Assembly: GCA_947470005.1 (NCBI GenBank)
Contig: CANISA010000001.1
Span: forward strand, 1-38,542
Length of the DNA stretch: 38,542 bases
From: Legionellaceae bacterium
Lineage (GTDB): Bacteria > Pseudomonadota > Gammaproteobacteria > Legionellales > Legionellaceae
Reading direction: 5' to 3'
In this document: positions 1-9,504 of the stretch, one piece after another
How positions within the stretch are numbered: the first letter of the stretch is position 1
Layout of the letters: the number at the start of each line of letters is the position of its first letter
The notes under the pieces: model-generated
Seen by the model: the letters and a program-made list of their open reading frames with translations, nothing else
The model's database searches: none
Told to the model about the DNA's origin: nothing
Program-made: the position numbers and the translations under genes

Positions 1-171
1 AAAATATCCAACAATGCCACCTATTGTTTTTTGATTCTCCTGAGCATAAATAGTGTGCATTTTGGGTCCGCCTATAAAGCCAGTAAGTCTTTCAAGACAG
101 GCCATTAAGCCTTGGTTCATTTCCGTACTAAATTTTTCATTTGGTGTTGTTGTGAAATCAATTTTAAGCAT
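1..171 (-). CDS. GNAT-family acetyltransferase-like protein, N-terminal 57 codons only (runs off the window edge)
   Basis: Hand translation from ATG 171-169 gives MLKIDFTTTPNEKFSTEMNQGLMACLERLTGFIGGPKMHTIYAQENQKTIGGIVGYF with no stop to position 1. The layout resembles N-termini of small GNAT enzymes. It is not in the ORF track. Confidence 0.35.
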   Translation of the reverse strand, partial: MLKIDFTTTPNEKFSTEMNQGLMACLERLTGFIGGPKMHTIYAQENQKTIGGIVGYF

Positions 172-210
172 AAATAATCCGTTATATTTTAAAGCAGCAA
201 TGTTCGTTAT

Positions 211-879
211 CTAAAGAGTAAAAGATACTTCCAATTGTTCGCGCTCTGATATGTCAATAATTGATGAAATACCATTCCAAGCTTCCATAAATTTAATTGG
301 CTCTGTTCGATAAATATCGTTTAAAAAAAACGCACGGTCATCTGGATTCATATGTGGAAATAAAATCTCCATCATCTGTATCATTTGCTCTGACGTCATC
401 AGAGCATAGCTCTTGGCATCAATTTTCTGCAATAACTCTTCATTTGTATAAAGGCGCTGTAATTCCGGCATAATCACCGTTTCTTCATATATTTGATGCA
501 GCAAATTTTCAGCTTCAAAGCGCTGAATTTCCAGATAAAATTGGTGGCCTAGATCTATTTTTCGAGCAACATCGGTTTCTTCAAGAATGCTCATTAATAG
601 TTGATTCAATTTTTCAAAAGTATCTTCATGAGCATCATGATCGGCTTCAGTTTTCTCATGTACCAGAGAATCTTTATCCCTTAATAGTGCATGAATGCTA
701 TCATTCTCGTGTGATGCATGCCCATGCATCAGTGCAATGATTTCAGAAAATTGTTCTTTAATACGATTCACATTCTCATCTAAGCTAAAGTCGATTTTTG
801 CAACCTCAGCACTAAAAGAAGACAACATAAATGATACATATTTATGCTCACGGTAAAGTCTATATCTAAATTGACTCAT
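211..879 (-). CDS. Hemerythrin-like (HHE cation-binding) domain protein
   Basis: His/Glu-rich helical motifs HGHASHEND, DHDAHEDTF and HQIYEETVIMPEL...NEELL match the H..HxxxE / H...EE..P pattern of hemerythrin-like domains. The track ORF starts at a TTG (909). The ATG at 879 is preceded by AAAAGGTG and is preferred. Confidence 0.5.
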   Translation of the reverse strand: MSQFRYRLYREHKYVSFMLSSFSAEVAKIDFSLDENVNRIKEQFSEIIALMHGHASHENDSIHALLRDKDSLVHEKTEADHDAHEDTFEKLNQLLMSILEETDVARKIDLGHQFYLEIQRFEAENLLHQIYEETVIMPELQRLYTNEELLQKIDAKSYALMTSEQMIQMMEILFPHMNPDDRAFFLNDIYRTEPIKFMEAWNGISSIIDISEREQLEVSFTL

Positions 880-960
880 TGAATACACCTTTTGAACTGT
901 TATTGACAATCACTCTGTTGTTTGTCTATTTTTTGATATTATATTTGATATTCATGAGAC

Positions 961-1272
961 TTAACATCTTTCGTTTTTAATGCAAAGCAACTCATTGTGT
1001 TTTTTCTCGGCAGCCTGCCTCAGTTTTTCAAAATCCTCATGTGAGAATTTTAAAAACTCCGCGGCCATGTTTTTGACCAATACATTGGTTTGGATCGATA
1101 ATTGATGACAATGCTGTTCTGCATGACGAAATGCACGATTTTGATCGGCATGCTCCATACCAATTTCAATCAATTGATTCATGATGTTTGACATTGAATC
1201 GTTGCACTGTGCTGCCATTGCTGTGATTCGGTTATAGGTTCCTTTGGGTAATGTCATTGTAAATCTTGGCAT
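961..1272 (-). CDS. Ribbon-helix-helix (CopG/TrwA-like) DNA-binding protein, possible relaxosome accessory factor
   Basis: N-terminus MPRFTMTLPKGTYNRITAMAAQCNDSMSNIMNQLIEIG has the beta-strand/helix/helix pattern of RHH proteins, followed by a helical tail. A GGAGGAG site lies 7 nt upstream of the ATG at 1272. The alternative ATG at 1287 overlaps the traI stop. Confidence 0.55.
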   Translation of the reverse strand: MPRFTMTLPKGTYNRITAMAAQCNDSMSNIMNQLIEIGMEHADQNRAFRHAEQHCHQLSIQTNVLVKNMAAEFLKFSHEDFEKLRQAAEKKHNELLCIKNERC

Positions 1273-1286
1273 ATTGCGCTCCTCCA

Positions 1287-4265
1287 TTAATAGCGTTCTA
1301 ATTCTTTATTTTTCTCAATAGGGCTCAAATTTTTATTTGGAATAGCATTCTTAAAATACTCAAGATCTTGGGATTTATAGCCAGTATCATGATCTTTGAA
1401 GCCCGCACGTTCTTCGAAATGCTTCTTTCTATCAATTACGGACTGCATTGAAATTGAATTTTTATTTTTAAATTGAGCCGCATGCATTTTTAATTGGTCC
1501 CTTGATACAATATCCAATGATGCCAATTTCTCATCTTTATTACGCTTAATGGCTGCTATCAAGTGTTCTTTATTGTCTGTCACCAACGTCATTTCGTGTA
1601 CCGCTCGAGAAATTTGCACGTAAAAATTTTTCAAGGTGGCACTGAATCGATGTTGAGATTCCATAAGCCCTACAGCATAGGCCGCATCTTTTCCTTGCAC
1701 TTTATAATTCGTTAATACATAGCCATGATCGAGATGCTTTAAAGCTAGGTGCTCCTTGGGAAGCGTCATATCCTGATTGTCTTCTAATTTAAAGCAAAGC
1801 TCTTTCTCATGAATGGCTGTAAGTGTCGCGCGTTGTCCGTTACAAATTCCTTCCTTTTTAACATTGCGATTCCATAAAACTTTATCGCCTACTTTCAGCT
1901 CTAGCGCCTGTGGACGATATATTTCTAGTATTCGTTCAAATGCGGCCGTATGTGTTTTGTATTGTGGTAAATGCTTTAAAGCAAACGAGTATGTTTTGCC
2001 TTTTTCATCGATGAGAGGCAAGATGTTGTCACGATATTGTGACTTGGATATTTGACCTACTGTGTAGTAATGTTCACGTTTGGTTTTATTCTGATGGAAA
2101 TCCTGGTTAAAACGAATCACATCGCCTTGTTGATAATATGCTACGAAGCGTTGTTGTACGGCTTCTATGGTTTTTACTTTTAATGTTTGCTGCATATAAC
2201 CCGCACCCGTTAGTGTGCCTTCATTTTCTAAGCCGCCTCTAATCAACGCGGTAATGTCAGCTCTGTCTCTATGAGTTGGTGCAAACAGTAAGGTTTCTTC
2301 ACGACGTTGGGCACTTTGTGATAACCAATAACTGGCTATCCATTTGATGCGTTCATGATGAGATTCAATCTCTTCAACATGATGTAAATTATCGATAGAC
2401 TCTTTAATTTCACCGCGCGTGGCATGAACAACCGATTGCAACGCTTGTTTGTTTTTTTGACGGACAATCTCATTCATAACGACCGTCTCAATACAATACT
2501 CCTGAGTTAAGCCAAATAGACGGCCATTATTAACGGTAGGCAGTTGTGCTTTATCTCCGACAAAAACAAGGCGAGCTTGTGTGTACTCAATCCGTTTAAT
2601 GAGCTCATGTCCTTGAGAAGAGGACAGCATAGAGGCTTCATCTACAATAAATACCGTTTTTGACAGAGCGCCACGTGCAGCAGCTTTCAATTCTTGATGC
2701 ACGATTGGAAATACATCTGAACGAATCCCAGCCTTGACTTGAAGCTCTTCTGCCGCAGAACTCGCCACTGTTATACCTCGAAGCTTAAACCCTTTGCTTT
2801 CAATTAAACTTTTAGCTTCAGCAAGCATGGCTGTCTTTGCAACTCCAGCATATCCTTGCACGGCTAAGTAACGATCTTTACTGGTCAGAATCGTTAAAAT
2901 CGCTTCTTTTTGTGATCCAGTCATTTGACAGGTACGTTGTTTATCAATTTGGTCTTGGAAAACCTGGACCTCTCGACGGCTGGCAATGGATGGCATCGTT
3001 CCTTTGTTTCGTTCTATTCGTGCAAGACTTTCTGCCTCCAGCGTCAATAACCAAGGTGTGGTCAACATGGTTTGATTGGTATCGGCACAATATGTTTCAT
3101 ACAACTGATTTGTTTTTTTCTCATGTAATATTGCATGTGTGATTGCTTCTTCAGAAACCACCGCATCATAGATAAGGCTGTGTTTTAAACTTTGTGCTTT
3201 TAATGCTCTGTCACTAAATACAGAATCCCGTTGACTCAGTGTTTCAATAGCTACTTGAACACAGGCCGCAGCGATTTCTTCTTCTGTTGGTTCTTTATCG
3301 TTCAATGAAAAGAATGATTTCAACTTGTCTTTAATCAGTGCGAAAACTGAGTTTGAAGTTTCTTTTTGTTGTGAACGATTTTGCATAAATGCTTCAGCAT
3401 CAAACCCAAGCTCGAATGCTCGTTCTTTCCATGTGTGTTTGAGTTGCGTTAAATTTTGTTCTTCCTTATTTTGACGTGTAATGAGGGCGGCTTGTGATGC
3501 GGCTTTAGCGCCTTCCCAGCCATTTTTATCCATACACCCGACAATATCTTGACGACGGGTGGAAAATTCTCGTAATAATTCCTCGGGAACGCCATTAATT
3601 TCGAATAAGCCATCGCCCACCATGCGCAATGAAAAGTTGGCAGTTTTCAAACTATTCGCTAAATGATGGCGATATAAAAGACCACAGTAATGTGCATTAT
3701 TTTGAATCTGTTCGACCACCCCATGGACGCGACGTTTATCACTGGCGAGCGATTTTACTTTACCATCACAAAAGGTTATGTTCATTGTTACACAGTGCGT
3801 ATGTAAAGCGGGTTCGTTTGCTCTAGAGCTTGGTTGTCTGAACGTGGCGGCCAATAGATTTCCCGTTTTTTGATAGTAAATTTCACCATCCCGAACAAAC
3901 CGTGCCTCAGTAAATTCAGCTTCAATCTGTGAAAGGGTATATTTCACTGCCTCATCATGAAAATGCACAAGCTCAGGAGCAGCATCAAGCCCCACTAAAA
4001 TTGAAACACTTTTGGGTGCTGAAAAGGTCATATCAAACCCTGGGCGATGCTCACCTCGATTATTTTGAAGTTTATCTCCATTAGGCAAAACACCTTCTAA
4101 AAGGCGTAGCATGGTTGTTTGTTCTACCTCATCTTTAAGATTTAAATAATCTTTACCTTTGCCTAACCATGTAATCGCTGTTGAATCCCCTTGATAATAA
4201 TTAAATGCTGCAAGGTAGTAGTCACAAGCACTTTTAGCTGATTGTAATGGTTTGATGCTTAACAT
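1287..4265 (-). CDS. traI: MOB-F relaxase/helicase (TraI/TrwC family)
   Basis: The N-terminus MLSI...DYY...NYY carries paired catalytic Tyr motifs. Also present are HRPGFDMTFSAPKSVS, the His motif LHTHCV, a RecD-like helicase P-loop VQGYAGVAKT and Walker B FIVDEAS. Collinear similarity to F TraI residues 1-300. At 992 aa it is TrwC-sized. Confidence 0.93.
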   Translation of the reverse strand: MLSIKPLQSAKSACDYYLAAFNYYQGDSTAITWLGKGKDYLNLKDEVEQTTMLRLLEGVLPNGDKLQNNRGEHRPGFDMTFSAPKSVSILVGLDAAPELVHFHDEAVKYTLSQIEAEFTEARFVRDGEIYYQKTGNLLAATFRQPSSRANEPALHTHCVTMNITFCDGKVKSLASDKRRVHGVVEQIQNNAHYCGLLYRHHLANSLKTANFSLRMVGDGLFEINGVPEELLREFSTRRQDIVGCMDKNGWEGAKAASQAALITRQNKEEQNLTQLKHTWKERAFELGFDAEAFMQNRSQQKETSNSVFALIKDKLKSFFSLNDKEPTEEEIAAACVQVAIETLSQRDSVFSDRALKAQSLKHSLIYDAVVSEEAITHAILHEKKTNQLYETYCADTNQTMLTTPWLLTLEAESLARIERNKGTMPSIASRREVQVFQDQIDKQRTCQMTGSQKEAILTILTSKDRYLAVQGYAGVAKTAMLAEAKSLIESKGFKLRGITVASSAAEELQVKAGIRSDVFPIVHQELKAAARGALSKTVFIVDEASMLSSSQGHELIKRIEYTQARLVFVGDKAQLPTVNNGRLFGLTQEYCIETVVMNEIVRQKNKQALQSVVHATRGEIKESIDNLHHVEEIESHHERIKWIASYWLSQSAQRREETLLFAPTHRDRADITALIRGGLENEGTLTGAGYMQQTLKVKTIEAVQQRFVAYYQQGDVIRFNQDFHQNKTKREHYYTVGQISKSQYRDNILPLIDEKGKTYSFALKHLPQYKTHTAAFERILEIYRPQALELKVGDKVLWNRNVKKEGICNGQRATLTAIHEKELCFKLEDNQDMTLPKEHLALKHLDHGYVLTNYKVQGKDAAYAVGLMESQHRFSATLKNFYVQISRAVHEMTLVTDNKEHLIAAIKRNKDEKLASLDIVSRDQLKMHAAQFKNKNSISMQSVIDRKKHFEERAGFKDHDTGYKSQDLEYFKNAIPNKNLSPIEKNKELERY

Positions 4266-4274
4266 AGTGACCTC

Positions 4275-6113
4275 TTAAGCTATATATTCATTAATGCAAA
4301 CTACACTATCTATTTTCGGCATCATTTTAGATTTTGAATCTGTCTCACATTTAAGCGTCATTTCTTCATTCCTATCTGTGTGCAGACTCTGCTCGGATAC
4401 CGGTATTTTTCTTGATACCAATGCTGTAGCCGCTATATCACGTTTTTGATGTTTTAATTGCAATTTAGTGACTGGATAACTGCCAGGAAGGCGTACAAAA
4501 CATGTTAAGTTTGGCAGCTCCAGAATTTCAGGGTACGAGACAATAGGGCGATTCACGCGTTGATTACCTAATGAAATCCCATCTCGCACACTGTTCGCAC
4601 CATAAGAATATTGTTCACGCGATTCATCGACATCCTCTTCCCCTAATTCACGCGACACAAGACGTGCCATGTCACTGCTTGGGCTTCTGAAGAAAAATCG
4701 AGTATTGAGTAAATCAAAAATTTCAGCGGCACCGCTGCGACCATAAACTTTTTCCAGTTGTGAGAAACTTTGCATGCCTAACAAGAAGCAGCCACCAAAT
4801 TTGCGCACTTCAGCAATGGTTTCACCTAATAAAGGAAGTTTGTGGAGGCTGGGTAATTCATCACAAATAAACCAGATACGGCGTTTTGAATCAGGCTCGA
4901 GACTTAACATTGTCAAGGATGCCATCGCTAGCCACATCGACATCAAGGGTTTTAATGATTTGTGTTGTTCACCATTGCTTGATATAAAAAGCCAACCGGA
5001 CTGTCCGTCATTCAACAAATAATCACGAATGGAAAAAGTTTTGCCTTGTAAGCCGACGAGTGATTGCAAAGATTTAAGATAGGTTGTAATAACAGAGCGA
5101 ATTGAAATGGCTGTTTTTTCGATCTTCGAGCTCACAAGTGTTGCGGCTGGTGTGCCAACAAGGTAATTCTCTAATTGAGAAAAATCACTGGTTAACAACA
5201 GTTGTAATAATTTCTCTAAAGAACGATCTTTATCGTGACGCATCTTACTTGCCGTTGATACAAATACTGTGCGTGCAGCATTCACCCAAAATGGATCAGA
5301 CTCTCCTTGCGTGGGAATAAGGCTTTCTGCCATGTTTTCCAGATCAGAATCATTTGGTGCTTCACACCACAAATCCCAGGTCGCACATCGCTCATCAAAA
5401 GGATTTAACACCACATCACTATTATCATCAAAATAATGCGGCATAAACGCACAACCTTTGTCATACACAATCACACGATCACCGCGTTGACGTAGCGTAT
5501 CTAAGATCTTCATCATCAATTGACTTTTACCAGTGCCTACGGTTCCATGGACTAACAAATGCTGTACTTCGCTGTCTTTGATCAATGGGAATCCATCGAT
5601 GCTGATATCCGAATGCATTTTGTTTTTGATGATTTGCCGTTTGACCATGTTGGAATCGGCGAGGATGCTTCCACGAATAAATTGGTTTTTTGACTGAAAC
5701 CTCCCTTTTTTAACAAAATACCAAGATAGTAATACAGCCATTGCCAATGAAACACCCAATGCCATCCAGGCGCATTGAATGATTTTATTTAAACACATAG
5801 CCGCTATCTTTGGATAATAGGAATGTGTCGTTAACGCATGTACTGATTGCTTCAAAACGCCGCCAGGGTAGGGAATGTTAAACACGTGCTCCTTTCCCAC
5901 TAACTTTAAAACAGTTGCTGCCTCATAGTCCGCCACTTGAATGAAGATTTCTTTGGGAATGAAATACCAGACCAGTGCCGCACAGATGACTACCCAACTG
6001 ATGCAATGCACAGTAAACAATGCTTTGTTGATCTGAAAGAGCATGCGTAAATTGTGAAAGGCAATTTGCCCGCCACGAGTGAAGTGTTTATGATTTGGCG
6101 TATGCGTGGTCAT
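4275..6113 (-). CDS. traD: Type IV coupling protein TraD
   Basis: N-terminal TM segments, Walker A HGTVGTGKS, WFICDELPSLHKLP and EVRKFGGC. Near-collinear similarity to F TraD. Confidence 0.93.
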   Translation of the reverse strand: MTTHTPNHKHFTRGGQIAFHNLRMLFQINKALFTVHCISWVVICAALVWYFIPKEIFIQVADYEAATVLKLVGKEHVFNIPYPGGVLKQSVHALTTHSYYPKIAAMCLNKIIQCAWMALGVSLAMAVLLSWYFVKKGRFQSKNQFIRGSILADSNMVKRQIIKNKMHSDISIDGFPLIKDSEVQHLLVHGTVGTGKSQLMMKILDTLRQRGDRVIVYDKGCAFMPHYFDDNSDVVLNPFDERCATWDLWCEAPNDSDLENMAESLIPTQGESDPFWVNAARTVFVSTASKMRHDKDRSLEKLLQLLLTSDFSQLENYLVGTPAATLVSSKIEKTAISIRSVITTYLKSLQSLVGLQGKTFSIRDYLLNDGQSGWLFISSNGEQHKSLKPLMSMWLAMASLTMLSLEPDSKRRIWFICDELPSLHKLPLLGETIAEVRKFGGCFLLGMQSFSQLEKVYGRSGAAEIFDLLNTRFFFRSPSSDMARLVSRELGEEDVDESREQYSYGANSVRDGISLGNQRVNRPIVSYPEILELPNLTCFVRLPGSYPVTKLQLKHQKRDIAATALVSRKIPVSEQSLHTDRNEEMTLKCETDSKSKMMPKIDSVVCINEYIA

Positions 6114-6706
6114 GTGATGCTTCTTTCTGATTTTTCATTTTTGTTAAATAAAGCAGAAACCGCTTCCAATAACACCCCAACTCCGACGCGCGTTAATTCC
6201 ATGCCAATCAAAAATTGACTAGCAAGTGCCGTAAAGATGAAAGCGCCTAATGCCGCGAATAGCGTTACATCCGGATCACAAAACAACGTGCAGGGGAAGA
6301 TGAAAAAAGCAAATAACCCATAAAAAACACATGCCATTTGACGCATTTTTCGAGTTAATAATAGACCTGTTTGTAAAGAATCACGAATTTGATGCTTGAA
6401 TATCACGTAAAGTTTAATCCGTGATAACAAAAACAAACTAATGACGAAAGATGATACGATGCATCCAAGCCACATTTTGCCGATGATGGATGACTCATGC
6501 TCTGCATAACGCTGAAAATAATCTTGCCAAACGCCCATTGTGTTGATAGCCTTGGCGGCTATCAACTGCACACTCAAAAAGCTACCCCACAGTATCGTAA
6601 AAAGCTTCAGCATCTCGCTGTAATAAATCCTTGCAGGCAAGATATCTAAATCCAGTGACTTTAATGTTTTTAGATCCGCTTGAACTTGCTGCTTTAAGTG
6701 ACTCAT
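6110..6706 (-). CDS. Polytopic inner-membrane protein at the TraS (entry-exclusion) position; no recognisable family
   Basis: 198 aa with several long hydrophobic segments. ATGA-type overlaps join it to the traG stop (6703-6706) and the traD start (6110-6113). F has traS/traT between traG and traD. Confidence 0.6.
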   Translation of the reverse strand: MSHLKQQVQADLKTLKSLDLDILPARIYYSEMLKLFTILWGSFLSVQLIAAKAINTMGVWQDYFQRYAEHESSIIGKMWLGCIVSSFVISLFLLSRIKLYVIFKHQIRDSLQTGLLLTRKMRQMACVFYGLFAFFIFPCTLFCDPDVTLFAALGAFIFTALASQFLIGMELTRVGVGVLLEAVSALFNKNEKSERSIT

Positions 6707-9504
6707 TCTTCTTTCTCCTTTTTAAGATGTAAAAATTCTAAACTACGGTCGACGGCATGCCCTGGAATAACGCCATTGGTTGCCTTGTTTTTTATATGTG
6801 CTATTGTTTGCGCGCCTTCTGCATGCAGATCCAACGACGCTTCAGCGATATGATCTGCGCCATCAATTAATCCATGACGTGCCTCTGTAATTTCATGCTG
6901 AATATTTTGCGCCAAATGATCGCCATTAGATTTTATACCGAGTTGTGGCTTTATGTTTGAATGAAGGGCGTTTGCTTCTTTCGCATAACGATCTCGTAAT
7001 TCAATATTATGTTCTAAATCATGAGATGCCTGCCGATACATTGCATCCACTTTCTCACCTTGATCTTTACTTCCAAATTCGGTCAATAACGTTTCACGTT
7101 TCTGCGCCACGAACTCACTACCTAATGTTTCAAGAGCCTGCAATGATGCCGTGTCCCCTGGGTGCGAAAATAATTGATCGCGTTTAGCGTGACCAACCTG
7201 ATTATCCACAAATTTAGGAAAAGCCTGATTCATATCCGTATTAATTTGTGCTGAATGTGATTCCACATAATGCTTGGCAGAACTGATACGTGCTGAACAA
7301 GCAAGCGATGCTTCCATATTGTGACTTGCTGTTTGTGCGTCACGTAAATCCGCACCCATTTGTTTGGAAAGGCTCGCGCTTTGGGACGCATTTTCATCAA
7401 AATGATGCGTTTGTGTAAAATGCTGCACATGATTTAATGCGGAATTAAAATCACGCGCAACTCTCGCGGATACGCCACTATCTGTACCCTCATGATAGCG
7501 ATCTTGGCTTGTTGAAGTTCTATCAAATCGACCATGAACATCGGCGCTACCATGAGCGCCTATGGTGACTTTAGCGAGCGTGCCTAAGATACTACGATCG
7601 CTTGAAACACCTGCCTGCCAATGAGCACCCGCGCCAGTTAAGTGAGCTAGCGCGTCCTCTTGACTCACGCCCAAACGTTTTGCGACATCATTGGAAATAT
7701 TAGTCATGGTTGATAATGCTTGACTGTATTGGCTAGATTCACTGTCTGAAACTCCCGTGCCGAAACGCATGTCATGACCTTGCAGTTTAGATAATTGCAC
7801 TGCTCGATGAGCAAAATTGGAAAGTGACGTTTGATAATGCGTGCTTTCATTCTGCGTGGCTTGTTTTGACTCTTCAAAAGCTTGATTCAGTGAGCCACTT
7901 AAAGCTTTAGCAGTATTGATGGATACAGCACCTCTAGTCATCCCGGGTGAGACATCAAATACTGTATCACCACTGGCGGTGTGTGTTTTAATCACGCCTG
8001 TTGCTAATTGTTCGCTTCGCATGCCATGCATGTGTGTCCAATTATTATCATGCTTATTAGCTGAGAAGGAATTCGCATTCGTATTATAAAAGCCAGTCTG
8101 TCCGAAGCTAAAACTCGCACTCGCCGCATCATTAGCCACACTCATGGCAGAACCTTGTAAATGGCCGGTCATGCTGGTTGCCAAGTTGCTAAAGGCATCA
8201 CTTAAGTTCGACACCAATCCCTTCGCCAAGAAAGGGATCATCAACATTAAATAACCGGCTACACCTGATAAATCCGCATGGAGTTCATCGATTTTATCGA
8301 TATTGACCATGGTGATACCGCCATATTGAGAGGATTGACTACTTCCATACATCGTCATTGCCGCATTAAGAATAGCAAACAACACCGGCCAAAATTGCAA
8401 CGAGATAAAAAACTGTAAATAGCCCCTAAAAATTGCCACGCCATTCGGAAGCGTCGACATGGCAATGATGACAGGAAATATCCCAAACAATAAAACGGTT
8501 AAGAGTGTGTGCAGAATTGGCAGCGACCACGCTGCTTTTTGACCCATGATGGCCCACGACCAACGGTGTTGCACTTGCGATTTCGTCACCTGATTATTCA
8601 CAACCCCCGCGGTGCTATCGGTAAACGCTTGGTAATCTTTAATCCCATCACCGACAGCATTTATCATCATGGATTGTAGAAAAATGTCAGCGGATGTATC
8701 AGTCATCTTCTGATAATAGTCAAAACTGGATTGAAGGTGCGTGTCAAATAGCTTTTCATAGTTACTTTGACGTGCATGACTAAACAAATTAATACCAAAA
8801 AAGGTGTACGCTTTTTTAATCTCCGCATTTAATTTCGCGCGCAGACTATACCCACCACTCCGACTTGCTGCTGTTTGGCAAGTAACGCTCATGCCATTCA
8901 CCGCTGTTCTTCGCAAAGGGGAGGCGTCTTTACTGATTAAATCCCAAATGTTTTTGCTGGTACTTAAATCACTGACACTGTATTTGTGATTCAGGCGAAT
9001 ATCGCCCACCACACAATTACGCAGGTATTCATTCATTTCCGCTTTAAGTTGTGGATCCATGATGCGAAAATCACGGGACGCCTGAATGATTTTCGAACCA
9101 AAAAGACTGCCTGTTTTGGTATAGGTCAAATCATCGGGTAACGACAGCAGTGAATCATAACTCTCAGCTAATCCAACACCTACTGTGGTAATCAAACTCG
9201 CGGTCACCGCAAACACCACCGGCACATTTGCCACGGGAATCGAGCGTTGTGCAGAAATATCATAAATTTCCACCAGTGTTTTGGGTGTAATCACCAATTG
9301 CAACACCAGCACGTACCCCATGACCCATTTAGCGTAGATCATCGGGTCACGTTGTTTAATATAGCCAACGGATGCCATGATGATGCCCATGAGAGCAGTT
9401 AATTTTAAAAAACTTGAAAAAAACGACTGCCCCATCATGGCAGCTACGGCATTCAATAGTTGTTGATACAACTCACCAAACCCTAATACGTGAATAGTAA
9501 TCAT
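6703..9504 (-). CDS. traG: F-type mating-pair stabilisation protein TraG
   Basis: 933 aa (F TraG is about 940 aa). The N-terminus MITIHVLGFGELYQQLLNAVAAMMG parallels the F TraG N-terminus. It has a polytopic N-terminal half, a long soluble C-terminal half and the correct synteny. Confidence 0.9.
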   Translation of the reverse strand: MITIHVLGFGELYQQLLNAVAAMMGQSFFSSFLKLTALMGIIMASVGYIKQRDPMIYAKWVMGYVLVLQLVITPKTLVEIYDISAQRSIPVANVPVVFAVTASLITTVGVGLAESYDSLLSLPDDLTYTKTGSLFGSKIIQASRDFRIMDPQLKAEMNEYLRNCVVGDIRLNHKYSVSDLSTSKNIWDLISKDASPLRRTAVNGMSVTCQTAASRSGGYSLRAKLNAEIKKAYTFFGINLFSHARQSNYEKLFDTHLQSSFDYYQKMTDTSADIFLQSMMINAVGDGIKDYQAFTDSTAGVVNNQVTKSQVQHRWSWAIMGQKAAWSLPILHTLLTVLLFGIFPVIIAMSTLPNGVAIFRGYLQFFISLQFWPVLFAILNAAMTMYGSSQSSQYGGITMVNIDKIDELHADLSGVAGYLMLMIPFLAKGLVSNLSDAFSNLATSMTGHLQGSAMSVANDAASASFSFGQTGFYNTNANSFSANKHDNNWTHMHGMRSEQLATGVIKTHTASGDTVFDVSPGMTRGAVSINTAKALSGSLNQAFEESKQATQNESTHYQTSLSNFAHRAVQLSKLQGHDMRFGTGVSDSESSQYSQALSTMTNISNDVAKRLGVSQEDALAHLTGAGAHWQAGVSSDRSILGTLAKVTIGAHGSADVHGRFDRTSTSQDRYHEGTDSGVSARVARDFNSALNHVQHFTQTHHFDENASQSASLSKQMGADLRDAQTASHNMEASLACSARISSAKHYVESHSAQINTDMNQAFPKFVDNQVGHAKRDQLFSHPGDTASLQALETLGSEFVAQKRETLLTEFGSKDQGEKVDAMYRQASHDLEHNIELRDRYAKEANALHSNIKPQLGIKSNGDHLAQNIQHEITEARHGLIDGADHIAEASLDLHAEGAQTIAHIKNKATNGVIPGHAVDRSLEFLHLKKEKEE

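Noticed and set aside
1-1272. RHH + GNAT as a TacA/TacT- or AtaR/AtaT-type toxin-antitoxin pair
   Set aside because: The RHH gene (961-1272) and the GNAT-like gene (1-171) are not adjacent. A 222-aa hemerythrin-like gene lies between them. The RHH gene is coupled to traI, which favours a relaxosome role.
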